Assembly (NCBI RefSeq): GCF_000299365.1
Contig: NC_018655.1
Coordinates: forward strand, 990,001 to 1,022,000
Length of the DNA: 32,000 nt
Reading direction: 5' to 3'
Source: Candidatus Nitrosopumilus koreensis AR1
GTDB taxonomy: Archaea; Thermoproteota; Nitrososphaeria; Nitrososphaerales; Nitrosopumilaceae
The notes under the pieces are model-generated. The model ran no database searches. It was not told where the DNA came from and saw only the letters and a list, made by a program, of their open reading frames with translations. Position numbers and translations under genes: made by a program. Below, one piece after another: positions 8,770 to 16,784 of the stretch (within the stretch, counting starts at the first letter, position 1; each line of letters opens with the position of its first letter).

Positions 8770-9609
8770 TTAGTTCACAGAAACGACTCTCAAATTTGAA
8801 AACTTTGCAGACGCGATAATTGTCACCGTGATTGCAACCACCAAAATTACCATAATGACACCTCCAAACTCAGGAACAACTTTGAATGTTATTAATTCGC
8901 CAACAGGTCCAGTCCATTTGGTTTCTTCATTTGGAAGCCCTATTCCTTGTAGTACAACATCAATGTCTACAGAAGAATCATCATTCAATGCAGAAGTCAT
9001 AAACAATGACTTGCCAGTATGGGTATGAAGTTTTGATTGTTCAAGGATAATGTCTCCTTGTTGTGATATTTTGAGGTCAAAATTTACATGAGGCACAGGA
9101 TTTCCCAACTCATCAGTGAATCTCATAACGATGTCGAGCGGCATATTTTCTTGAGGAACAGTACTACTTACCTCAACTAGGATTTGGCCATCATTTGACA
9201 TGCCATGATATGCAACTCGTGCAGATTCCAACTGTCTTGTTTTTTCATCAATAGAGATATCAGGGATATCAGTTACTAAAAGTGCAGTTATACTGGAAAA
9301 ATTTTCAGCCTCCAATATTGTGGCTCCACCTTGGCAGACATTTGGTTCGATATCCCTATCCATTGTGATCAATTTTGATTCCATATCAGAGTATACCAAA
9401 ATTTGTGGAAATGTCAAGTGGTTATTTCCAGAACATACTTCATATGCTACAGCTGCCTCCCCAGCTTCAGTAAAATCTGTGTTAATTTTTGTAACATGTG
9501 CCCCAACAGTTGCAGCAAATGCATCATCTAATACAAACGGAACAATGGCTGCAGAAAGTAATATCATGATTGAAGTGTAGAGAGCAAATCCATGATAAGA
9601 TTTAATCAT
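8770..9609 (-). CDS. Secreted surface protein with a PEFG-CTERM-type archaeosortase sorting signal
   Basis: N-terminal signal peptide (ILLSAAIVPFVLDDAFA). The C-terminus VVPEFGGVIMVILVVAITVTIIASAKFSNLR consists of a PEFG motif, a TM helix and basic residues. Confidence 0.75.
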   Translation of the reverse strand: MIKSYHGFALYTSIMILLSAAIVPFVLDDAFAATVGAHVTKINTDFTEAGEAAVAYEVCSGNNHLTFPQILVYSDMESKLITMDRDIEPNVCQGGATILEAENFSSITALLVTDIPDISIDEKTRQLESARVAYHGMSNDGQILVEVSSTVPQENMPLDIVMRFTDELGNPVPHVNFDLKISQQGDIILEQSKLHTHTGKSLFMTSALNDDSSVDIDVVLQGIGLPNEETKWTGPVGELITFKVVPEFGGVIMVILVVAITVTIIASAKFSNLRVVSVN

Positions 9610-9803
9610 CGAAAATATTGTGTATGCAGGTTACTTATGCATATGTAAGCTAGAAATGCTATTTTTAGCTAGAATTATAAAATAAATTTGATGATGAATA
9701 ACCATATGTTTCAGAGAATTTTTTGATTGTCTACGCAACTAGGATTAACAAAAATCAATTTGATTACATGCACACAAAAATATCTAAAAAAATTGCAGGT
9801 TAT

Positions 9804-9841
9804 TTAAAAAAAGAAAAAACAAAGACGAGAATTATCGTCTT
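9804..9841 (-). terminator. Hairpin plus oligo-U terminator candidate for the basic-protein gene
   Basis: On the minus strand, AAGACGA-taattc-TCGTCTT (7-bp stem spanning the stop codon) is followed immediately by TGTTTTTTCTTTTTTT. Confidence 0.45.
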
Positions 9842-10272
9842 CTAATTGTTCGTTTGGCAGCTCTACTGTAGGCTTTCTTTGTAACCTTTTTTCCTTTCTT
9901 AGCAGGTTTTTTAGAAAGTTTTCTAGGGCCTTTACCACTCAAAGTAACTAGTCTACGGGCAGCCTTACCATATGCTTTCTTTGTAAGAGACTTGCCTTTT
10001 TTTGCAGCAACTGTCCTTCGTGGTTTTGGTTTTGCTTTACTAGTAGAAACAGTTCTTCTTGCCGCTTTTTTCCAAGCAGGAAGAGATGATTTCCTAGTAG
10101 AAGATTTTGTCGCTTTTCTGACAGTCTTTCTTGCCGGTTTAGTTACTTTTTTGGCAGTACGTGTCGCTTTTCTGACAGTCTTTCTTGCCGGTTTAGTTAC
10201 TTTTTTGGCAGTACGTGTCGCTTTTCTGACAGTCTTTCTGACAGATTTTTTTGCTTTTTTAGCTATTGCCAT
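9832..10272 (-). CDS. Extremely basic K/R/A/T-rich repeat protein with no Asp or Glu; possible nucleic-acid-binding protein
   Basis: 146 aa starting MAIAKKAKKSVRKTVRKATRTAKKVTKPARKTVRKATRTAKK. I found no acidic residue. It has its own TATA-like box and terminator, and a paralog at 21146-21349. Confidence 0.7.
   Translation of the reverse strand: MAIAKKAKKSVRKTVRKATRTAKKVTKPARKTVRKATRTAKKVTKPARKTVRKATKSSTRKSSLPAWKKAARRTVSTSKAKPKPRRTVAAKKGKSLTKKAYGKAARRLVTLSGKGPRKLSKKPAKKGKKVTKKAYSRAAKRTIRRR
10109..10239. repeat. 54-bp tandem repeat, about 2.4 copies, inside the basic-protein gene
   Basis: The unit gtcgcttttctgacagtctttcttgccggtttagttacttttttggcagtacgt occurs at 10109 and 10163, with a partial copy from 10217. 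It encodes the 18-aa unit KKVTKPARKTVRKATRTA. Confidence 0.9.
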
Positions 10273-10393
10273 AAGTTAATCACAATAAGTGAATGTATTA
10301 AATGGAGACAAATGAATTAATTGATACAAAGTAAAAAAATTATGCAAAAACAATACTAAATTCAATAAGATATACAGATCATATGTTTTTGTT

Positions 10394-10618
10394 TTATGTT
10401 AACGGTAAAAGAGACGCATCATTAATGCCATCTATTGCCTGTATTCTTTTAACTACATTAGTCATCACATAGTTTTTGTCTTCAGATTGAACCTCTGCAA
10501 GGACCTGATTTTGATCTTTTCTTTGTTGAATGTTTTTTACGTCCTGGAATTCTTTTAGTCTTTCAATTGCATAATCTCTTTTTCCATCATCACAAGTCAC
10601 TAAAACATCAAAAGTCAT
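10394..10618 (-). CDS. Small stand-alone Lrp/AsnC ligand-binding-like (RAM-like) domain protein, hypothetical
   Basis: 74 aa. The layout FDVLVTC...ERLKEFQDVKNI...VLAEVQSED...VVKRIQAIDGINDASLLPL resembles a stand-alone RAM domain. The assignment is tentative. Confidence 0.45.
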   Translation of the reverse strand: MTFDVLVTCDDGKRDYAIERLKEFQDVKNIQQRKDQNQVLAEVQSEDKNYVMTNVVKRIQAIDGINDASLLPLT

Positions 10619-10735
10619 ACAGTGATTATGTTTTTAGTAATTATAAACCCACGTACATAACGAGTGTTAATTTAAATCAATTAGCTTAATGGGCTTTAAG
10701 TGAAATAGAACAAACCAGACTATACAAAATTTAAA

Positions 10736-10825
10736 CTAGTCATCGTCCCTTATACTCTTTTTATGAAAACCCTCACATAGTTTACAAGGTCTATTTGGCC
10801 AGCATTCGGGTCGAAAACAAGTCAT
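10736..10825 (-). CDS. Very small Cys-rich ORF (29 aa), speculative
   Basis: Translation MTCFRPECWPNRPCKLCEGFHKKSIRDDD (Cys3, 8, 14, 17; His21). It lies in a locally G+C-richer patch of a 290-bp intergenic region. There is no other support. Confidence 0.2.
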   Translation of the reverse strand: MTCFRPECWPNRPCKLCEGFHKKSIRDDD

Positions 10826-10908
10826 TACATAAAGTTACCAATTGAAAAATATTACATTTTATCAAAACATTAGCTTAAATTCAAATTTAAAATTTATTGC
10901 AATGTAAA

Positions 10909-11376
10909 TTATTTTTTATTAATTTTTGGAAAAATTTGAATCATATCTTCGCTAAATTTGTGATTTGGAATAATCACTTTGATTCCATCTTCAGTGATTG
11001 CGGTGATTTTTGTCAAATGCAATCCAGTAATTTTACATTTCACATAATCAAATTCAATCAAATCACCTACGTTAATTTGAGGATTCAGAAATATGCTTAT
11101 TCCAGAAATAGAATTTTTGAGTTGGTTTTGCAGAGCAATTCCAATCACAACTGCTGCAGCACCAATAGATGTAATCATCTCCAAGGCAATATCAAATAGG
11201 CCAAAAAACGTACCCAAATACAATAACTCACCAACAATTATGAAAACCAAAACCATTCCCAAGAGTTTATCAGAACCTTGAAGGTCTTGCAGTTTTTTGT
11301 TGATTATTTGTCTAGACACTACATACAAAACAATAGTTACAACTATGGATAATACTGCAAAGACAAGTTCAGTCAA
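10909..11376 (-). CDS. Minimal MscS-family mechanosensitive channel homolog (TM1-3 plus beta domain only)
   Basis: 155 aa. The TM3-like pore helix and beta domain (GAAAVVIGIALQNQLKNSISGISIFL...VGDLIEFDYVKCKITGLHLTKITAITEDGIKVIIPNHKF) align to the MscS core. The protein ends about 10 aa later, so it lacks the C-terminal alpha-beta and barrel domains. Confidence 0.75.
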   Translation of the reverse strand: MTELVFAVLSIVVTIVLYVVSRQIINKKLQDLQGSDKLLGMVLVFIIVGELLYLGTFFGLFDIALEMITSIGAAAVVIGIALQNQLKNSISGISIFLNPQINVGDLIEFDYVKCKITGLHLTKITAITEDGIKVIIPNHKFSEDMIQIFPKINKK

Positions 11377-11379
11377 AAA

Positions 11380-11631
11380 TTATCTCAACAGATCCTCTTC
11401 AAAAAATTCAGCAATACTGTCCTTTATTACAACCTCAGAATTTTTTTTAAAGATGAATGATTCGTGGTATTGCGTTCCAAGAATACTTAGTGATATCAAT
11501 GCCCCATCTTCAAGAGTCACATAACGACGAGGAACAGAATCATCTAAGCGCTTCCATTTGCCCTCTAACTTGCAAGTATCAAAAAGCTTTTGAGACTTTA
11601 TGTTATGATATGTTTGTGTATTAAATTTCAT
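11380..11631 (-). CDS. Hypothetical protein (83 aa)
   Basis: This ORF sits 3 nt upstream of the mini-MscS gene and 14 nt downstream of the 60-aa ORF on the same strand, an operon-like arrangement. Confidence 0.5.
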   Translation of the reverse strand: MKFNTQTYHNIKSQKLFDTCKLEGKWKRLDDSVPRRYVTLEDGALISLSILGTQYHESFIFKKNSEVVIKDSIAEFFEEDLLR

Positions 11632-11645
11632 GAAAACCTTCTCTC

Positions 11646-11828
11646 CTATTTAAAACCAGATTTTCTAAATCGTTTCTTGTATTCCTTCATCAACAGAATA
11701 GGAAATGGTGTATACTCTAAATTTTCAAAAAAGGTTTTTAGCTGAGAATCAGATAGTGCTTTAAGATATTGTTTGATGTTTTTTTCACAGGAAAGATATG
11801 ATTTTTCAGGATCAAAGAATTTCTCCAT
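11646..11828 (-). CDS. Hypothetical protein (60 aa), first gene of the putative mini-MscS operon
   Basis: The ORF has AGCTTA at 38-43 nt and TATATTCTTAAAA at about 18-30 nt upstream of its ATG. Confidence 0.45.
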   Translation of the reverse strand: MEKFFDPEKSYLSCEKNIKQYLKALSDSQLKTFFENLEYTPFPILLMKEYKKRFRKSGFK

Positions 11829-11887
11829 AATACAGTTTCAAGTTTTAAGAATATAGCATGTTGTAAGCTTTGAGATAGATTTTCAGC

Positions 11888-12709
11888 TTATTCTTTTAAT
11901 TTAAATTCCTTGAAAGGGTCTGAGACATTCCAGCAATATTTGAAATAATCCATACACCATTCCCTAAAAGACTCATCCTCACTAAAGAACATAGAACGAA
12001 GGTCAGGCCTTCCAGAAGAATCAGGGAACATTAGTCCTGCAGAATTTTCGTTTAAAATTATTGAAATTTGTACAGATTTTAGCATCCTACGTTCAATTTT
12101 TTCAGATTCCAAGAGAGCATAAAATCCTGATTTTTCAAGAAGTTTTTTTCGTCCTTTGGGAATTGACGCATCTTCAGATATTATATGTCGATATTTTGTT
12201 CCGCGTTTCACTCGTTTAATCATCAAATCCATAAGTTCCAAAGGAGTCTCAGACAAAATATTGAAAATATAATCATCGGCAGTTTTGTAGATTTTTTTCC
12301 ATGTTTCCAATACACGTGATACCCCTACAATCTCCTGCGAATTACTCAAATCACCTATACGGCGTAGAAACTTTGAAGGAAGGTTTCCAAAATTATGACT
12401 TTTAAAATATTTTTTATTTTCAGAAAGATAAGAGAATGAATGGATTTGCGTACAAATTGCTTGTCCAAACGTAGTTAATGCATAAAAATTATTTTCTTGT
12501 TTAACAATCAAATTAGAATTAACCATCCGCTCAAAATTTCGATGTATTTCCTGAGGAGAGACATCGTATTTTTTTGACAATGTTGTTAGACGTGATGGTT
12601 TTTGGAGTAAATCAAACAGAATTTTGAGTCTAACCTCACTTGCAAGCTCTAAAAATTCAGCAGAAGTATCCTCAAAGTCCAGCATGAAATTATTGTGATT
12701 TAACACCAT
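11888..12709 (-). CDS. ArsR-like winged-helix transcriptional regulator with a long C-terminal domain (DUF1724-like architecture)
   Basis: The N-terminal wHTH reads EVRLKILFDLLQKPSRLTTLSKKYDVSPQEIHRNFERMVNSNLIVKQENNFYALTTFGQ. It is followed by a C-terminal region of about 190 aa. The gene is divergent from the DAACS transporter. Confidence 0.75.
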   Translation of the reverse strand: MVLNHNNFMLDFEDTSAEFLELASEVRLKILFDLLQKPSRLTTLSKKYDVSPQEIHRNFERMVNSNLIVKQENNFYALTTFGQAICTQIHSFSYLSENKKYFKSHNFGNLPSKFLRRIGDLSNSQEIVGVSRVLETWKKIYKTADDYIFNILSETPLELMDLMIKRVKRGTKYRHIISEDASIPKGRKKLLEKSGFYALLESEKIERRMLKSVQISIILNENSAGLMFPDSSGRPDLRSMFFSEDESFREWCMDYFKYCWNVSDPFKEFKLKE

Positions 12710-12842
12710 AAAAAACTACGTTTTAACAACATTACAAATCAACAGACATAAAAAATCAGAAAACACTACTAATAACCAAAACAAGATTTTCAAACTAGAT
12801 AACATGCAAATTTTATTTATTGATGAAAAACATACAAAATGA

Positions 12843-14177
12843 ATGGAAATTAGGTCTTTCAAGTATTCTATTCCTCAAATCACATTTCTAGTAAAAACAA
12901 AATTATGGGCACAAGTTCTTGTTGCATTATTCTTAGGATTAGTAATAGGACTGGCATTAGGACCAGAAACAGGTTTAGTTGATGAAAAATCAGCAGAGAT
13001 CATCACAAACTGGTTATCAATTCCAGCTAATCTATTTCTAAAAATTATTCAGATGATAATAATTCCTTTAATTTTTGCATCAATAATTAGAGGAATCACA
13101 TCTTCAGGCAGTCTAAAGCAGCTTCAAAAACTAGGTTTGGGGGTATCAGTCTATTTTGTTGCAACAACTGCAATAGCATTAGCGATAGGAATTCTTTTCG
13201 TAACAACAATAGAGCCTGGAAATTTTGTGGATAGTGCACTAATTAGAGATAGTTTTAATTTAGAAGATACAGAACCAATCGAAAATACAGAGTTTACAAT
13301 AAATGACATTCCCCAAAGTATCACAAATGTAATTCCAAGCAACCCGCTTGCATCTTTTATGTCAGGGGAGATGCTCAGCATCATTGTTTTTGCATTAATT
13401 ATCGGTGTGTCTATGATTTCAATTCCAAGAAAAAGCTCTCAGCCAATTCTTGATTTGTTAGAATCAGTACAAAAAATCACTCTAAAAGTGGTCTCATGGG
13501 CAATGCGTTTGGCACCTTTTGCAGCCTTTGGTCTCATGGCAGGAATTACATCAAAGCTTGGATTATCCGCACTGACCGGACTTGGGGCATACATGGGAAC
13601 TGTAGTAATTGCTCTTTTTACAATGATATTCATCTATATTCTAATTATCAAATTTTTAGCAAAAAAACCATTATCTTTTTTTTCAATGATGAGAGATGCA
13701 CAACTCTTAGCATTTTCAACATCAAGTTCTGCTGCAGTGATGCCATTATCTATCAAAACAGCAGAAGAAAAGATGAAGGTAAAGCCAAAGATATCTCAGT
13801 TCATCATACCGTTAGGAGCCACAGTAAATATGGATGGAACTGCATTATATCAAATAATTGCAGTGTTTTTCTTAGCACAGTTGTTTGGAATTGACTTGGG
13901 TTTTACTACAATACTTTTAATTTCAATAACCGCATTGGCAGCATCAATTGGTGCACCATCTGCACCAGGAACAGGAATTGTAATTCTATCAACAATTTTA
14001 ATTGCTGCAGGAATCCCACCAGTTGCAGTAGTTTTGTTATTGGGAGTAGACAGGATTTTAGATATGACAAGAACCATGACAAATGTCACAGGGGATTTGA
14101 CAGCATGTCTATTTTTTGATAAGAGAATCAAAGCATCAGACTTGGTAGACGAACCAGAAGAAACAAAACAAGAATAA
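12843..14177 (+). CDS. Sodium:dicarboxylate/amino-acid symporter family (DAACS; GltP/GltPh-type glutamate/aspartate transporter)
   Basis: 444 aa and polytopic. Family motifs present: SSSAAVMP (HP1-like) and NMDGTALYQ. Confidence 0.9.
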   Translation: MEIRSFKYSIPQITFLVKTKLWAQVLVALFLGLVIGLALGPETGLVDEKSAEIITNWLSIPANLFLKIIQMIIIPLIFASIIRGITSSGSLKQLQKLGLGVSVYFVATTAIALAIGILFVTTIEPGNFVDSALIRDSFNLEDTEPIENTEFTINDIPQSITNVIPSNPLASFMSGEMLSIIVFALIIGVSMISIPRKSSQPILDLLESVQKITLKVVSWAMRLAPFAAFGLMAGITSKLGLSALTGLGAYMGTVVIALFTMIFIYILIIKFLAKKPLSFFSMMRDAQLLAFSTSSSAAVMPLSIKTAEEKMKVKPKISQFIIPLGATVNMDGTALYQIIAVFFLAQLFGIDLGFTTILLISITALAASIGAPSAPGTGIVILSTILIAAGIPPVAVVLLLGVDRILDMTRTMTNVTGDLTACLFFDKRIKASDLVDEPEETKQE

Positions 14178-14196
14178 GATTAGACAAGTCTAATCT
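14177..14196. terminator. Inverted repeat between convergent genes, overlapping both stop codons (candidate bidirectional terminator)
   Basis: AGATTAGAC-aa-GTCTAATCT. It includes the last A of the transporter TAA (14175-14177) and the whole ectD stop (14190-14192). T-rich sequence follows on both strands. Confidence 0.35.
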
Positions 14197-15104
14197 GAAA
14201 AATTTTCAATGGGCTCTAAAGGAGTAAAATCTCTAGATCCAATATAGTTAGGTCTAGGCGCAAGACCACAAAATGGAGTAGTAAGTTGGTTGTGAACGCT
14301 ATTGAATACAAAAAATGCATTACTTCTGGGATAAGGAGTGATATTGCCATTAGAACCATGCATAATATTACAATCAAAGAAGATTGCAGAGCCTGCATCG
14401 CCTTTAGCAGAAACAATTCCACCTTTTTCAACCATTTTTTCCAAAATATCTTTGTCGGGAGTGCCTATCTCTTGTCTTTTTAGAGATTGTTTGTAATGCT
14501 TTTCAGGAGTTTGCCCAGAACATGATACAAATTCATTATGAGATCCAGGAATTAACATCAATGGTCCATTGAATTCATAATTTTTTGTAAGGCTGATAGA
14601 ACAAGATATGGCTCTCATGTTTGGCATCCCATCTTCAGAATGCCATGTTTCAAAATCAGAATGCCAATAGAATTCTTTTCCATCAAAGCCAGGTTTCAAG
14701 TTTACACGAGACTGATGAATGTAGACTTTGCTACCCAAAAGATGTTGAACCACATTTAAAATTCTCTTGTCACTACAAAGTCTACCATAAAGTTTACTTA
14801 GTTTATGAATTTCAAAGATGGAGCGAACTTCTTTGTTGGTTGGCTCCAAAATAAATTGTGGCAAGTCTTTTTTTGATTCATCTTCAGACATAGATTTTAG
14901 TTCTTCAAACAATGAAGCAACTTCATCAGCATCAAATAGGTTTTCAAAAATCAGGTACCCATTTTCTGCAAAAAATTTTTCTTGTTTTTCTGTCAGAGAC
15001 GAAAAAGAACTAGGATAAACTACAGGATCAGTTCTGGAGATTATTTTTGATTCAGAATTTAATCGGGTTGGATAAAAATCCAATTCAGTTTTATTTTGAG
15101 ACAT
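14190..15104 (-). CDS. ectD: Ectoine hydroxylase
   Basis: Contains the EctD signature FYWHSDFETWHSEDGMPNMRAIS. At 304 aa it has a non-heme Fe(II)/2-oxoglutarate dioxygenase layout. It overlaps ectC by 14 nt. Confidence 0.93.
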   Translation of the reverse strand: MSQNKTELDFYPTRLNSESKIISRTDPVVYPSSFSSLTEKQEKFFAENGYLIFENLFDADEVASLFEELKSMSEDESKKDLPQFILEPTNKEVRSIFEIHKLSKLYGRLCSDKRILNVVQHLLGSKVYIHQSRVNLKPGFDGKEFYWHSDFETWHSEDGMPNMRAISCSISLTKNYEFNGPLMLIPGSHNEFVSCSGQTPEKHYKQSLKRQEIGTPDKDILEKMVEKGGIVSAKGDAGSAIFFDCNIMHGSNGNITPYPRSNAFFVFNSVHNQLTTPFCGLAPRPNYIGSRDFTPLEPIENFSD

Positions 15105-15492
15105 TTTTGGATTCTGTTAATAATGGATATACGCCATCAGCATCGTGTGTTTCAGGTCCCAAGAGGGGCGGATTAAAGACACAAATCATTTTCATGTTTG
15201 AAAATGCTCGCAAGATATGTTTATCATGTTTATCTAATGCATAAATTGTTCCAGGAGATATGTTGTGTTTGGTACCATCATCTTCCTCAATTTCACCTGA
15301 ACCTTCAACACAATAAACTGCCTCAAGGTGGTTTTTGTACCAGATTTTAGTTTCAGTACCAGCAAATACAGTTGTTTGGTGAAAAGAGAACCCCATATTA
15401 TCATCTTTTAACAGCAGTCTGGTACTAGACCAATTATCTGAACGCACTTCACTTTCAGTATTGTACAACGAATCAATATTTCGAATGATCAT
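15091..15492 (-). CDS. ectC: L-ectoine synthase
   Basis: 133-aa cupin. MIIRNIDSLYNTESEV...WSSTRLLLKDDNMGFSFHQTTVFAGTETKIWYKNHLEAVYCVEGSGEIE matches the conserved EctC N-terminus and metal-binding region. Confidence 0.93.
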   Translation of the reverse strand: MIIRNIDSLYNTESEVRSDNWSSTRLLLKDDNMGFSFHQTTVFAGTETKIWYKNHLEAVYCVEGSGEIEEDDGTKHNISPGTIYALDKHDKHILRAFSNMKMICVFNPPLLGPETHDADGVYPLLTESKNVSK

Positions 15493-16784
15493 TTTTGAAC
15501 AATCTCGGCTTCTAGAATTTTCTTATAATCTGATTCATCCATGACTTGTTTGATACTTTTTTCTAAAATATCCAATCCTTTTCTTAAATCATCTTCAGAG
15601 ATATTCAAAGCAGGAAGTAGTTTTACTACTTGATCATCAGAACCGCATGTTTCAAGTATCAATCCATTTTCAAAACATTTTTGTTTAATTTCACTAGCTA
15701 AATCTTCTAAAATACAATCAATGCCATAGATCATGCCTTTGCCACGAACTTGAATATCAGAAGTAGGGAATTCAGATGCTATTTCATCTAATCGGGCTTT
15801 CATGATTTTAGAGTTTAAGATAATTTGGTTTTCAAGTTCATCTGGCACCCAATATTCTTCAATTGCAGCTGTAGCAGTAACAAATGCCATGTTATTTCCT
15901 CTAAAGGTACCGTTATGTTCACCAGGTTTCCACACATCTAACTCTGGTTTTAACAACAATAATGAAAATGGCAAACCAAAACCACTCAATGACTTTGATA
16001 ACGTTACAAGGTCAGGTTGAATTCCCATTCCCTCAAAACTGAAGAAGGTTCCTGTTCTACCACATCCAACTTGGATATCATCAATAATTATTAAAATTCC
16101 AAATTCTTTACACAGTTCTTGTAAAGACTGAAGCCATTGCGAGCTTGCAACATTAATTCCACCTTCACCCTGAACAGTTTCTAAGACTACAGCTGCTGGA
16201 AGGTCTACACCGCTACTGTTATCCTCAAGCAATCTTCGCATGTAATCAATCGTGTTAACCTTTTTTCCCATATAGCCATCAAATGGCATGAATATCACGT
16301 CATTAAGGGGAATTCCTGCACCGCCTCTATGATGTTGATTTCCGGTTGCAGCTACGGCGCCAAGAGTAACTCCATGAAATCCATTTGTAAAAGATATGAT
16401 TTTTGTTCTGCCTGTAACTTTTCGTGCAATCTTCAATGCAGCTTCTACAGCATTTGTTCCAGTAGGACCGGTAAACTGCACTTTGTAATCCATGTTTCTA
16501 GGAGACAAAATATTTTTTGAAAAAGAATTCAAAAATTCTTCTTTTGATTCAGTTGCAAGATCTAAGCTATGAATTATTCCATCTTGATTTAGGTAATCAA
16601 TAATTTTATTTTTTAAAACAGGATTATTATGACCATAGTTTAACGAACCTGCTCCGCAAAGAAAATCGAGATAAGATTTCCCATCCTTATCAATCAGATG
16701 CGAGTCCTTGGCTTTTGAAAACATAACCGGGTAAGCACGGCAATATGAGCGAACTTCAGATTCTAAAGAATCAGTTTGCTTCAA
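15489..16784 (-). CDS. ectB: Diaminobutyrate--2-oxoglutarate aminotransferase
   Basis: 431-aa class-III PLP aminotransferase. It has an EctB-type N-terminus (ESEVRSYCRAYPVMFSKAKDSHLIDKDGKSYLDFLCGAGSLNYGHNNP) and the lysine region TLSKSLSG. Confidence 0.93.
   Translation of the reverse strand: MKQTDSLESEVRSYCRAYPVMFSKAKDSHLIDKDGKSYLDFLCGAGSLNYGHNNPVLKNKIIDYLNQDGIIHSLDLATESKEEFLNSFSKNILSPRNMDYKVQFTGPTGTNAVEAALKIARKVTGRTKIISFTNGFHGVTLGAVAATGNQHHRGGAGIPLNDVIFMPFDGYMGKKVNTIDYMRRLLEDNSSGVDLPAAVVLETVQGEGGINVASSQWLQSLQELCKEFGILIIIDDIQVGCGRTGTFFSFEGMGIQPDLVTLSKSLSGFGLPFSLLLLKPELDVWKPGEHNGTFRGNNMAFVTATAAIEEYWVPDELENQIILNSKIMKARLDEIASEFPTSDIQVRGKGMIYGIDCILEDLASEIKQKCFENGLILETCGSDDQVVKLLPALNISEDDLRKGLDILEKSIKQVMDESDYKKILEAEIVQK

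Noticed and set aside
9686-9745. Possible C/D-box sRNA (TGATGATGA ... CAGA) in the 9610-9831 intergenic region. Similar ATGATGA strings occur at 18433 and 20434.
   Set aside because: I found no properly spaced C', D' and terminal D (CTGA) boxes and no terminal stem. The 20434 string is the start of a small ORF.
9992-10279. 95-aa plus-strand ORF (FLTVFLAGLVTFLAVRVA repeats) antisense to the basic-protein gene
   Set aside because: It is a mirror product of the 54-bp repeat. It has no plausible start context. The minus-strand ORF has an ATG, a TATA-like box, a terminator and a paralog elsewhere in the window.
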